Shown here: positions 30,329 to 40,266 of the stretch, piece by piece
Numbering within the stretch: position 1 is the first letter of the stretch
Layout of the letters: each line of letters starts with the position of its first letter
From: a bacterium
Lineage (GTDB): Bacteria > SM23-31
NCBI GenBank assembly: GCA_965249485.1
Contig: OZ252239.1
Span: 1,376,001-1,440,000, forward strand
DNA length: 64,000 nt
Direction: 5' to 3'
Notes under the pieces: model-generated
What the model saw: the letters and a program-made list of their open reading frames with translations, nothing else
The model's database searches: none
What the model was told of the DNA's origin: nothing
Program-made: the position numbers and the translations under genes

Positions 30329-31669
30329 ATGAAAATAGTAATGAAATTATACGTATCTATCTTTGTTTTAATGCTCTTATTTCCGGGACAGGTTTATTCT
30401 CAGAGTATTGGTGAACCGAGGACCGTACTCACGAATTGTAATGTGATCGACTGTACGGGAAATCCAATGATGGAGGGCATGACCGTCGTGATCACAGGCA
30501 ATAAAATTACTGAAATCAGTGAAGGTGAGTACAAAGGGGGTGAGGACCCCAACACTCGGATCCTCGACCTGAACGGCAGCTATGTGCTTCCCGGGTTCTG
30601 GAACATGCATTCCCATTTGTCCGATCTACACCCCGATGTCAATAATATTTTAGGAACTGAACCATTGCTTCCGGCGGCAATCCGTTCCGGAAGAAACGCA
30701 ATGGACGCTCTCAAAAGAGGATTCACTTCTTTACGAATGACCGGTGAACGTGATTATATAGATATCGCCTGGAGAGACGCTTTTAACGCCGGTGTATTTG
30801 TCGGACCCCGCATTTTCGCTTCGGGGAAAATACTTACAGCTACGGAAAGCAATGCGTGGGAAGCTGAATGGTCTGTGGCAGTATATATTGACGGCCCGTA
30901 TGAAATGAGAAAAGCAATGAGGGAAAATATAAAAAGAGGTGTTGATTTTATCAAGCTTTCATCAAACCGCATGGTGGAAGATGAAATTGTCGAAGCGATA
31001 CGAATAGCGCATAAAGCCGGATTACGGGTAACAGCGGACATTGATGATCCTATGGCACGGATAGCCGTGGAAGCAGGTATTGATTGTATCGAACACGGTA
31101 CCCCTCTGACCGATGAAACAATCCAACTGATGGCTGAAAAGGACACCTTTTTCGACCCGACAATGGCATGTTATCTCAGCACCGAATATATAGTCGACCG
31201 TGAATCGCGCATCGCTGATATCGGACTTAACGAAGACCCGAGAATTATCAAAGGGAGGATCGCTGTTTCGAATGCCGACCTCAGACCTCATAGGAACGCC
31301 GTGAAACAGCGGGAAATCCTCATGAAAGCTGTCAAAGCTGGTGTAAAAATCATTACCGGAAGTGATACCAACCCGCTTGGAGAGATCGGTTTGCTGGAAA
31401 TAGAGCAGCTTGTGTTTTCCGGAATGACAGAAATGCAAGCGCTCATCGCCGCCACGCGAAACTGCGCTGATATGGTTGATGAACTTGATGATCTTGGAAC
31501 GGTCGAAAAGGGTAAACTCGCTGACCTCATCGTTCTTGAAGGCAACCCCCTCAAACATATTTCGAACATAAGAACACTCAAAATGGTCTTCAAAGACGGT
31601 CTGCCTGTTAACCTCGGTAAGAATGAAGGACAGACCAGTTTTTGGGAGTTGTATTTTACAAAAAAGTGA
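30329..31669 (+). CDS. Exported amidohydrolase-family protein, copy 1
   Basis: VLPGFWNMHSH, DFIK, IEHG, GSD, GKLADLIV; start at ATG 30329 after GAGG. Confidence 0.88.
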   Translation: MKIVMKLYVSIFVLMLLFPGQVYSQSIGEPRTVLTNCNVIDCTGNPMMEGMTVVITGNKITEISEGEYKGGEDPNTRILDLNGSYVLPGFWNMHSHLSDLHPDVNNILGTEPLLPAAIRSGRNAMDALKRGFTSLRMTGERDYIDIAWRDAFNAGVFVGPRIFASGKILTATESNAWEAEWSVAVYIDGPYEMRKAMRENIKRGVDFIKLSSNRMVEDEIVEAIRIAHKAGLRVTADIDDPMARIAVEAGIDCIEHGTPLTDETIQLMAEKDTFFDPTMACYLSTEYIVDRESRIADIGLNEDPRIIKGRIAVSNADLRPHRNAVKQREILMKAVKAGVKIITGSDTNPLGEIGLLEIEQLVFSGMTEMQALIAATRNCADMVDELDDLGTVEKGKLADLIVLEGNPLKHISNIRTLKMVFKDGLPVNLGKNEGQTSFWELYFTKK

Positions 31670-31782
31670 AACACAACGATGACAGATCTTTGCTGTAGCT
31701 CAACATCAGCCGCATCGAGAGAAGACAGTATATCATCAGAATAAATTGGACAGCATTATTATTTATTTAGTCAGCGGAACAA

Positions 31783-32211
31783 TTATTCATTATAAAAAAC
31801 CTGTTCCATCTCAATCCATCCATTCGATCCGGGAAGAGAAATCTGCATCGGGTCGCAAACCTTTAACCATTCTATATTTCTGGGTTCTAACGCCAATTTT
31901 GCCATATCACTTTCAAAATCATCCCCTGTGTATTCATAATATCCAAATTCGTACCACTTCTCACCAATCTGTTGAAGAAAAATGGAGAAATTTTTCATAT
32001 TATATTGTGTCAAAAGATCTCTTACACCCGGATTAGAATCGGCATGCAAACGTTTGTATTCTTCTATCATATCAGGTTTGATGCCAGTGATCATTCCAAC
32101 ACGTTTCACATTCTTTATTGCCTGAGTGCTTGTGTTCTGAGAACACATAAAACCTAAAATACAAACTACTACTACCAAAAATGATGTACTTGTAGTTTTA
32201 ATCAGAGACAT
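31783..32211 (-). CDS. rhaM: L-rhamnose/L-fucose mutarotase family protein with N-terminal signal-like segment
   Basis: EEYKRLH, NFSIFL, YYEYTGDDFE.DM, W..MEQVF. Confidence 0.8.
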   Translation of the reverse strand: MSLIKTTSTSFLVVVVCILGFMCSQNTSTQAIKNVKRVGMITGIKPDMIEEYKRLHADSNPGVRDLLTQYNMKNFSIFLQQIGEKWYEFGYYEYTGDDFESDMAKLALEPRNIEWLKVCDPMQISLPGSNGWIEMEQVFYNE

Positions 32212-32268
32212 ATTTATTCCTTGTTTGGTCATAAGATAACTCGGTTTTAATTTAGTTATTTTCTTCTA

Positions 32269-33684
32269 CTATCTTGCCTTGTCAACATCAAGCACTACAA
32301 CGGAATTCATAGAATCCCACGGCCGTCCATCCAGAGTAACCACAATGTATGCGTTACCTTCAATTGCTGCTTTGAAATTGTTCCGGGGGATACTTCTAAG
32401 TGCATAAGCTTGTATCGGACGGCGCCGAACAGTATCCAACACTAATCTCCCATCCTCAGGCCAGTCGAACACGTGCAGGTACAAACGGGTTGTGCCATCG
32501 GCAAGTATTCGGTGTGTTATCCTTCCCCATTCAGGTTGTTCCCACTGCGTGCCCATTGTCCCATAGATGCTTTCACCGTATTTTTTGAGCCAATCTCCTC
32601 CTCCAAGAAGAGCATCAACCGATTCCTCGGGAATTATACCTTCGGGTGTCGGCCCGACATTCAGCAAATAATTTCCACCCATACTGGCTATGTGGGCAAG
32701 ATTTTGAACCACATCTTTTGCGCTCATAAAGTCTGGTCTGTCTTCGCGGTACATCCAGGAGCCATTCATTGTGGTATTTACCTCGAAATTATGAAAAGTC
32801 GAAATATCACCCAACGTGGGATAATACCCTTCGGGAGTCAAATAATCCATCGTTCCATGTGCAAACCGGTCATTAAAAATTACATCGGGCTGGATAGAAC
32901 GTATCATATCCATGATCTCATTAGCGTGAATCAGATCTGGATGTTCTTTAACATAGAATTCCAACGGACCATCACCTTCGGTCATAAATGCACCACCGTC
33001 ATCAGAAAAGAATATATCTATCTGTCCGTAATCGGTAAACAGTTCACGGATCTGATTTTTCATATATACGATATATTTTTCAAGGTCGGCATCGGGTTTC
33101 GGATAGTAGTGTTGGTTTCGGTACCACTTTGCGGGAAATTCGGGATGATGCATATCGGTAACAGAATAATAGATCCCCAGTCGTATACCTGCTTCCAGAC
33201 AAGCATCTGCCAATTCTTTCAAAGGGTCCCGGCCGAAAGGAGTAAAATCCTTTATATCGTAATCGGTATATTTGGAGTCGTACATATTGAAGCCATTATG
33301 GTGCTTGGTGATATACACGATGTATTTCATTCCGGCATTCCGCGCAATGTCGACCCATTCTTCAGCATCGAAATCCACCGGATTCAACACCAGACCCCGC
33401 TCTAGTAACACGTCATAGTTTCTCCATCCTCTATCCTCTGGCAATCTTGGCAGAGCATCAGGGCCCCAATGGATAAACATTCCGTACCGGGCTTCGTGCC
33501 ACCATTCCATCCTGTTATCCATGGTCGGATCCCAATCGGAACGAATCTCGATCATTTGGCCCGATCCCAGATTCTGATCCGGGTAATCAGGTGTCTGGGC
33601 TAGTACAGATGTTGCCGCCATATAAAGCAAAAAAATGCAGAACAAAACACTGCGGAATACTGATTTTGATAATAGTGTGCTCAC
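32269..33684 (-). CDS. Glycoside hydrolase family 29 (alpha-L-fucosidase-like), exported
   Basis: WW.EARYGMFIHWG, AGMKY...TKHHNGF, GIYYS..D, GGNYLLNVGP. Confidence 0.9.
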   Translation of the reverse strand: MSTLLSKSVFRSVLFCIFLLYMAATSVLAQTPDYPDQNLGSGQMIEIRSDWDPTMDNRMEWWHEARYGMFIHWGPDALPRLPEDRGWRNYDVLLERGLVLNPVDFDAEEWVDIARNAGMKYIVYITKHHNGFNMYDSKYTDYDIKDFTPFGRDPLKELADACLEAGIRLGIYYSVTDMHHPEFPAKWYRNQHYYPKPDADLEKYIVYMKNQIRELFTDYGQIDIFFSDDGGAFMTEGDGPLEFYVKEHPDLIHANEIMDMIRSIQPDVIFNDRFAHGTMDYLTPEGYYPTLGDISTFHNFEVNTTMNGSWMYREDRPDFMSAKDVVQNLAHIASMGGNYLLNVGPTPEGIIPEESVDALLGGGDWLKKYGESIYGTMGTQWEQPEWGRITHRILADGTTRLYLHVFDWPEDGRLVLDTVRRRPIQAYALRSIPRNNFKAAIEGNAYIVVTLDGRPWDSMNSVVVLDVDKAR

Positions 33685-33788
33685 GATATCCTCCTAAATA
33701 TTTAAATTATATTAGTTCTTCTATAGTAAAATTGCATGTTGTCAGATAGATTTGGACTAGTTGAGTAAAAGCTAAATGATAGCTATTG

Positions 33789-34955
33789 CTATCTCTCATA
33801 ACACTGATTAAGCAACTCCAACATTTCATCATATGTAGCGATACGTGGATTATTTTTATAATCAGGCAGAACTTGTGATGCATGTGCCAGGTCTGCCAAT
33901 TCATTTTTTGGAATTTTTAACTCTTTTAGATTCATCCACAATCCGATGCTCTTAAGAAACGTATCGAGTTCTTTGCAGGACTCATTGGCTGCTGTCTCAT
34001 CAGATTCGTCATTCAATTCCTTATTTATAATTCTACCAAGTGCTGCAAATTGCTTAATTGCCGATTTGAATGTATAGCGAGTAAAAGAAGGATACACGGC
34101 TGCAAGTGCTTCAGCGTGTGCCACATGGGGATAAATACCACCTATTGCCATAGCAATACCATGAGGTAATGTAACACCAGCGTTTGCAATACATAGTCCT
34201 GCAAGAGTATCTGCCCAAGCCATTATATCACGTGCTTCTTTATCCGAGCCGTTTAAAACACACTTTTCCAAATTATACATCACGAGCCCAATTGCTTTTT
34301 TTGCCAGCATATCAGTATAAAGTGATGCATTACAGTGAATATATGACTCGAATGCATGAGTAAAAACATCAAAACCTGTAATCGCTGTCATCCTCGAAGG
34401 AACTGTTATCATTAATTCCGGATCAACAATTCCGACTTTTGGAAAAACATTTTTATTATAAAGAGCTGATTTACATTTCTCTGATGGATTAGTCACAACA
34501 GATACTTGTGTTACATGAGAACCGGTTCCGGAAGTAGTGTTAACCGTTATGATTGGTAGTGTCTTCCCGGTCGGCTGCTTTTCTCTAAACCAAAGATAAT
34601 CCCAACAGGTCCCATCATGAGTGGCTTCAACAGCGATAGCTTTTGCAGCATCCATACTTGAACCGCCGCCAACTCCGAGGATCACGTTTGCTTTATGTTT
34701 CTTAGCCATATCAGCGCCATCAGAAACACATTCGGTTGTTGGATTGGGTATAACTCCGTTATAATGCGCAAAATTTACACCAGCTTTACCAAGAGAAGAG
34801 ATAATTTTATTGAAAGCTGGTGAAACATTTTGAAAAACCTGATCGGTTAGAATCAGACATTGTTTTCCAAATTGTGATACTACCTCACCAACTTCCTCTA
34901 CACGACCCCAGCCAAATCTGATTTCTGTCGGTTGACCAAAATTAAAATTTTTCAT
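33789..34955 (-). CDS. Iron-containing alcohol dehydrogenase
   Basis: GGGSSMD, TTSGTGS, DVFTHAFE, PHGIA, HAEAL. Confidence 0.9.
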   Translation of the reverse strand: MKNFNFGQPTEIRFGWGRVEEVGEVVSQFGKQCLILTDQVFQNVSPAFNKIISSLGKAGVNFAHYNGVIPNPTTECVSDGADMAKKHKANVILGVGGGSSMDAAKAIAVEATHDGTCWDYLWFREKQPTGKTLPIITVNTTSGTGSHVTQVSVVTNPSEKCKSALYNKNVFPKVGIVDPELMITVPSRMTAITGFDVFTHAFESYIHCNASLYTDMLAKKAIGLVMYNLEKCVLNGSDKEARDIMAWADTLAGLCIANAGVTLPHGIAMAIGGIYPHVAHAEALAAVYPSFTRYTFKSAIKQFAALGRIINKELNDESDETAANESCKELDTFLKSIGLWMNLKELKIPKNELADLAHASQVLPDYKNNPRIATYDEMLELLNQCYER

Positions 34956-34975
34956 GTTGATTCCTAATTTAACTG

Positions 34976-35995
34976 TTATAAATCTATCATGATTTTTAGA
35001 CTTTTATCACCTTGTTCGTCGATAAAATCATACGCTGCCATGTATTGTTCAAAAGAAAAATGTCTTGTAACAAGGGGATCGGTAATCACATCTCCATTAG
35101 CAAGTAGTTCAACTGCTTTCAGATAATCTTCGTGTTTATACATTAAAGTTCCGATAATATTCAGTTCTCGATCCCCTACAATAGACATATCGATTCGCGG
35201 TTTTTTACCAAAAACACCAAGAACAACGATTGTGCCCCCTTTTTGAATTGCGTCTATTCCTGCATTCATAGTTGCTTCAACACCAACCGCTTCGAAAGCC
35301 ACCTCAAAGCCCTTATCTCCAAAAACGCGGGTAGATGCATCAGTGAGTGATTCTTTATTTGGATTGGAAGTTTCAGTAATTCCACATTCCCTGGCAATGT
35401 CAAGACGGAAATCGCTTAAATCAGTTATTAATATTTTATTAGCACCCCGGAATTTTGCCACCTGTGCTACCAGATTTCCAATGGGACCTGCTCCTAAAAC
35501 GACAATGTTTTTTCCTGTTATATCTCCTGCCCTTAATGTTGAATGTACCGCTACGGATGTTGGTTCTACGAGAGCACCCTGTTCAAATGTGATTGAATCA
35601 GGTAAAGGAACCATGTTTTCCTGTTTTATTATGAATAAATCCTGTGCACATCCGGGGGCTTGAAATCCCTGTACTTTCAATGTATCACAGATGTTGTAGT
35701 CATCTCGTAAACATGGAGGACATTTACCGCACACTATCTGTGGTCTTGCAGTGGCTTTCATTCCGGGTTTGACATTTGTAACACCCGTACCTACATCTTC
35801 TACAACTCCTGAAAATTCATGACCTTGTACTACAGGGTAAGATGTAAATGGATGCAAGCCGTGATTCACATGAACATCCGAACCGCAGACACCGATCCGC
35901 TTGATCCGCAATAATATTTCACCCTGATCTAAGACAGGCTCAGGAACTTCCTGGAACTCTATTTTACCCGGCTCTTTCATTATAGCCTGCCGCAT
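34976..35995 (-). CDS. Zinc-dependent sugar/alcohol dehydrogenase (MDR family)
   Basis: CGSDVH, GHE, CxxCxxC..C structural zinc site, GAGPIG. Confidence 0.9.
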   Translation of the reverse strand: MRQAIMKEPGKIEFQEVPEPVLDQGEILLRIKRIGVCGSDVHVNHGLHPFTSYPVVQGHEFSGVVEDVGTGVTNVKPGMKATARPQIVCGKCPPCLRDDYNICDTLKVQGFQAPGCAQDLFIIKQENMVPLPDSITFEQGALVEPTSVAVHSTLRAGDITGKNIVVLGAGPIGNLVAQVAKFRGANKILITDLSDFRLDIARECGITETSNPNKESLTDASTRVFGDKGFEVAFEAVGVEATMNAGIDAIQKGGTIVVLGVFGKKPRIDMSIVGDRELNIIGTLMYKHEDYLKAVELLANGDVITDPLVTRHFSFEQYMAAYDFIDEQGDKSLKIMIDL

Positions 35996-36133
35996 TTTTC
36001 ATTTCCTTATAATAGAGGTTAGAGATTAGGTTGTCAATTCAACAGTAATGTTGACAGAGTATACCGATTTTCCTTAAAAAAAATAGCACAATCTTCGATG
36101 ACAGCAGAGGAATTTAGGGTTCTATATTATACA

Positions 36134-37783
36134 CTAACGAAATAAATAGTATAATACAATTATGACCACAAACAAGATAGCAGAAATTGACCGCAGATCC
36201 ATAATGCCGGTCAGTTTATTGTGGGTTATCGCTTTCAGAGGATGTTCCCAGCAAAGATTTTCGATTTGTTCCGCCGCCGGTTTTGGTGTCATCAAGCTAA
36301 CAGACACGTAAACCACGCTGCAGAAGCAGAATAACCACCATCCTACCTGCATAAACGGAATACCCCACAAATCGGTTACGATTCGTAAATCACCGACTAG
36401 CGGTTCGAATGGGAGATCTATCACAAAATAAATACTCCCTACTATTAAACCGGAAATAAGAGTGATCAGGGCAGCTTCCTTTGTGCCACGAGGCCAAAAG
36501 ATACCCCAGATAAAAACACAAGTAATTGCCGGCGCAAAAATCATAGGTATCTTGTTTATAGCTACGAAGATACTTTCGAACCTGCCGCCCTGTGTCGACC
36601 ACAACATCGCCAGGATCATAACCACAACAGCACTGATACGGCCAATGAAAACCTGGGTCTGATCTTTCGTTGAAGGCCGGAAGCGTTTAACAATATCCAC
36701 TGCAACCAGAGTGGCAGAACTGTTTAGAGCTCCGGCTATCGTACTCATTAGCGCAGCAAGTAAACCAGCCGCAACTATACCTTTCAAGCCTGAAGGCAGG
36801 AGCTGCTCAATCAATACCGGCAATGTATTGTTGTTGTCTGTGCCGATAATGTCTTTAAAAAGAACATACCCAATTACACCCGGGAAGACCATGATGAAAA
36901 CAGGGAGAATTTTCAGGAAACCGGCAAAAATAGGACCGCTCTGGGCGTGGAACTGACTTTTGGCGCCCAATACTCTTTGTACAATGGTTTGATCAGTGCA
37001 CCAATACCATATGCCCAATATCGGATACCCCAGCAATACCGAGAGCCAGGAAAACTCATTCAAGACACCCTGTTCATTGTGGATGGGATGAATCATGCTC
37101 ATTTGGCGTGGCTTGATCGCCTCCTGGAATTGTTGCAGCGATTCAATGCCATGCTCCGGCAGAGCAAATATCGCAGCGACGGTTACCGCCACAGCACCCA
37201 GCAAAAGTACAAAGGTCTGGACCGTTTCGGTTACCACTACTGCTTTCAGTCCACCCAGAACAGTATAAATTGCAGTTATGACCGATATGATTACAATCGA
37301 ATAAATCACATCAATGTTGAAAAAATACTCGAAAACTTTTGCGCCGGCATACAGGCTGATACCTATATGGATTAACAGCGCAGACAATACTGATATGAAA
37401 GCAAGAGTTGTTCGCGAACCGGGACTGTACCGTTTCTCAAGGTATTCGGGCAGAGTAGTGATCTTGCTTCTAAAATAAAACGGTGCAAAGATCAGCCCCA
37501 AAATAATCAAACAAAACGCGGCCATCCATTCAAAATTCCCTATTACAAGCCCAAGCCTATATCCGTCAGAAGCCAGACCGACCAGGTGGATAGTCGAAAT
37601 ATTTGTGGCGAACAATGCCGCACCGACCATTACCCAACCCAGAGATCTACCTGCCAGGAAATATTCAGTACTCGTTGTTTTGCGTTTATGGCTTGCAATG
37701 ATACCAATAGCCAATATTCCAAAAAGGTAGACAATTATGATTATCAAATCAATTGTGGGAATTGCAATTCCTGAATCTGACAT
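36134..37783 (-). CDS. Sodium:solute symporter (SSS family sugar transporter)
   Basis: YFLAGRSL, ATNIS..H.VGLA, WYWCTDQ.IVQR, AALMST. Confidence 0.92.
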   Translation of the reverse strand: MSDSGIAIPTIDLIIIIVYLFGILAIGIIASHKRKTTSTEYFLAGRSLGWVMVGAALFATNISTIHLVGLASDGYRLGLVIGNFEWMAAFCLIILGLIFAPFYFRSKITTLPEYLEKRYSPGSRTTLAFISVLSALLIHIGISLYAGAKVFEYFFNIDVIYSIVIISVITAIYTVLGGLKAVVVTETVQTFVLLLGAVAVTVAAIFALPEHGIESLQQFQEAIKPRQMSMIHPIHNEQGVLNEFSWLSVLLGYPILGIWYWCTDQTIVQRVLGAKSQFHAQSGPIFAGFLKILPVFIMVFPGVIGYVLFKDIIGTDNNNTLPVLIEQLLPSGLKGIVAAGLLAALMSTIAGALNSSATLVAVDIVKRFRPSTKDQTQVFIGRISAVVVMILAMLWSTQGGRFESIFVAINKIPMIFAPAITCVFIWGIFWPRGTKEAALITLISGLIVGSIYFVIDLPFEPLVGDLRIVTDLWGIPFMQVGWWLFCFCSVVYVSVSLMTPKPAAEQIENLCWEHPLKAITHNKLTGIMDLRSISAILFVVIIVLYYLFR

Positions 37784-37831
37784 ATTACACCTTCTTGATA
37801 AAAAGAGAGAGTTTAATTCACTGTTCGATTT

Positions 37832-39952
37832 TTATCTCGTAACCGGTGAAAGGGTAAACGTTAAGGGGCTTCTCGCTTCCTTTTTAATCCAGACGATCAG
37901 ATCTCTACCTTCGGATGTCTGCCGGTGACCAAAGCGAAAGTCTTTTCCACGCTCAATCCTTGATCCATTCAACATCAAGGCTGCACCAGCATTTCCCCAG
38001 TTTTTGATTACAAACGCAGGATTGACAATTGGCTGGTTTCTACTCCCCGTGAGTTCAATAATCAGGTCATTTGGACTACCAGTATTGGTACAAGATACTA
38101 CGTAAGCGCGTTGATACTTATCATATCCGCTGTCTAAATACCCTGAGCTTTTGAGTAACAATTTTGCCGGTTTGCTCCATGATTTCGCAAGGGGCGCCAA
38201 TTCTGCGGCCTTTTTTTCGGTGAGACCGTAGAGAGAAACTGACAAGTATGAATCGCCCTCACCTTTAACCACAAGAGGATGTCCCTCTGCCAGAGCGGAG
38301 TGAGAAGGGCGATCGACATTTGTAGCATCTCTTCCATCGTTCGGCAATAGACCGGTCGGCCAATGGTTCCACCATGGAAAATGGGAATACTTATCACGTA
38401 TTCCCCAAGGGAAAGCCAGTATTTCACTTCCCGGTTCAAAGATGATAAAAGGTCTATTTATTGCCTTCAAGTTCGTCATCTGGATATTGGCGTTTGCAGG
38501 CTTGTCATAGAGAGCAGAAGGCCCATCTTCCCAGGAATAGGTATACGTCTCACCATCCATATTTGCAAGGGTTAATGCCTCAATATTGACATTGTTCTCT
38601 GGTTTTGTACCGGGCTGATTAAAGAATATCGTCTCCTGCCATTGATGAATGTTCTCATCCGCCCACAACACCTGCTTGCGGACAACAACACGGTCGGGAT
38701 AAATAGTAAAATACTCGTCTGCCCACGAACCCCAGCCAGTCTCAGGATTCTCACCGGTAATCTGATACAGTATATTCGTAATCGCATAACGCCAGTGAAC
38801 AACTACCCTGGCATCGTTATTTTCAATGATTCTTACGTGTGAATACCGATTTTGTTTGTCCGCCATGTGCTCAGAACTGCCCCAGCCAGACCTGCCGCTC
38901 CACAATTCAATACTCTGATCACCCATCCACAACCCGTTCTCAGTTACATAACTGGCTCCATAGTTTACCCCTCTCCAGAAGACCACTTTTACCGGCGAAT
39001 CATCAAACGTAACAACGACATCGGCATAGTCACCCGCTCTCCATAACTCATCCCAGGCATCACTGTATTCAAGTTTTGTATAGTATGCGCCAAATTCTTT
39101 TCTGTTCTCAGCAACTGAGGGAAAGGACCACCATGACAAAGGCTGAGGATTTTCTGGTGCAATTAATGCAAACGCACTTTTTACTTCGTCAGGACTCAAT
39201 GCTTTGTCATAAAGCTTTGCTTCGTCGATACGGCCGTCAAAGACCATGTTGGATAACGATTTGCGGGAAGGTTCCCTGTTAGAGAATATAGGGTACATCT
39301 TTTGGTGGCTTTTACCGATAAACAGTTCTAATGTGTTTTTTGGCTGGGGGAGCAGTTTGCCGTCAGGTGTATAGACTGCTTCACCAACCGGGGTCATTGA
39401 ACCTCGAAAAGATTGAGTTCCTGCTACTTCCCCATTAATGTAGATGGTTAATCCCTTACCTTTTTCAAAGGTGCCCGCTATATGAGTCCACCGTAACAAC
39501 GGAATCTTCATATCGGTTACACATTTACGCCAATCATCATTGACCGCCATGTGAAATCCAACCTGACCCAAAGCGTTAACACCAAAAAAATAGCCCCCGC
39601 GATGGTCAACTTCATGGGACACGACAGCAGTCCAGTTCCACGGATATGTCTGCGGGGCTATCCAGGCTTCAATGGTGAAAGAACCTTCAAACATCGGGAC
39701 CTTATCAACTTCTCTGACAACATGAGTTGTATACCCGTTAAACCGTAGTGAATTGCCGATCACACCCCCGACATGTTTATAATTACCCTGGAGAGAATCT
39801 TTGATTTTGCCGGCTTTGTCGAATGCGGTTTCACCCGAACTTTCGTCAAAACTCCACCAGGCTACCGGACCGGTCTCCTGTGCTGGTACAGGGTGTATTG
39901 AGAATAGTAATAGTACTACGATCACAGCTTTATTTATAAGAATTTTGCACAT
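37832..39952 (-). CDS. Exported LamG/ConA-like domain protein, copy 2
   Basis: Paralog of 27918-30035, very similar over most of its length, divergent C-terminus. Confidence 0.8.
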   Translation of the reverse strand: MCKILINKAVIVVLLLFSIHPVPAQETGPVAWWSFDESSGETAFDKAGKIKDSLQGNYKHVGGVIGNSLRFNGYTTHVVREVDKVPMFEGSFTIEAWIAPQTYPWNWTAVVSHEVDHRGGYFFGVNALGQVGFHMAVNDDWRKCVTDMKIPLLRWTHIAGTFEKGKGLTIYINGEVAGTQSFRGSMTPVGEAVYTPDGKLLPQPKNTLELFIGKSHQKMYPIFSNREPSRKSLSNMVFDGRIDEAKLYDKALSPDEVKSAFALIAPENPQPLSWWSFPSVAENRKEFGAYYTKLEYSDAWDELWRAGDYADVVVTFDDSPVKVVFWRGVNYGASYVTENGLWMGDQSIELWSGRSGWGSSEHMADKQNRYSHVRIIENNDARVVVHWRYAITNILYQITGENPETGWGSWADEYFTIYPDRVVVRKQVLWADENIHQWQETIFFNQPGTKPENNVNIEALTLANMDGETYTYSWEDGPSALYDKPANANIQMTNLKAINRPFIIFEPGSEILAFPWGIRDKYSHFPWWNHWPTGLLPNDGRDATNVDRPSHSALAEGHPLVVKGEGDSYLSVSLYGLTEKKAAELAPLAKSWSKPAKLLLKSSGYLDSGYDKYQRAYVVSCTNTGSPNDLIIELTGSRNQPIVNPAFVIKNWGNAGAALMLNGSRIERGKDFRFGHRQTSEGRDLIVWIKKEARSPLTFTLSPVTR

Positions 39953-40266
39953 TATATAGTACCTCTAACCATTGCATCAAATAAAATTAGAATAATTGCT
40001 CTGAAAAAGTTGTTATTCTAAAACTTGTCCGAACAATCATAAATACAAATCAATATAAAATCAAGTTCTTTATCCTCCAAATGTACAAATATATTTTTAT
40101 TAATATCCGAATTTATTAGGAAAAATCCTACTATTGGGGAAAATAATTGTTTTCCAAAAAATTTATTCCTACTTTTTTGTATTCCGAATCTTTAGCACTA
40201 TTTTCTTACTGCCAATATTATTTATTTCATTAAACACATCTCGTATTTAATATTGAGGTATTGCTC

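Larger units (their letters stand above)
27918..31669. repeat. Segmental direct duplication, copy 1 (partner 37832-41635)
   Basis: LamG gene, intergenic region and amidohydrolase gene recur about 9.9 kb downstream; 30036-30250 matches 39953-40167 essentially base for base. Confidence 0.95.

Noticed and set aside
32473..33405. 310-aa plus-strand ORF
   Set aside because: Antisense shadow of the GH29 gene with no recognisable motifs
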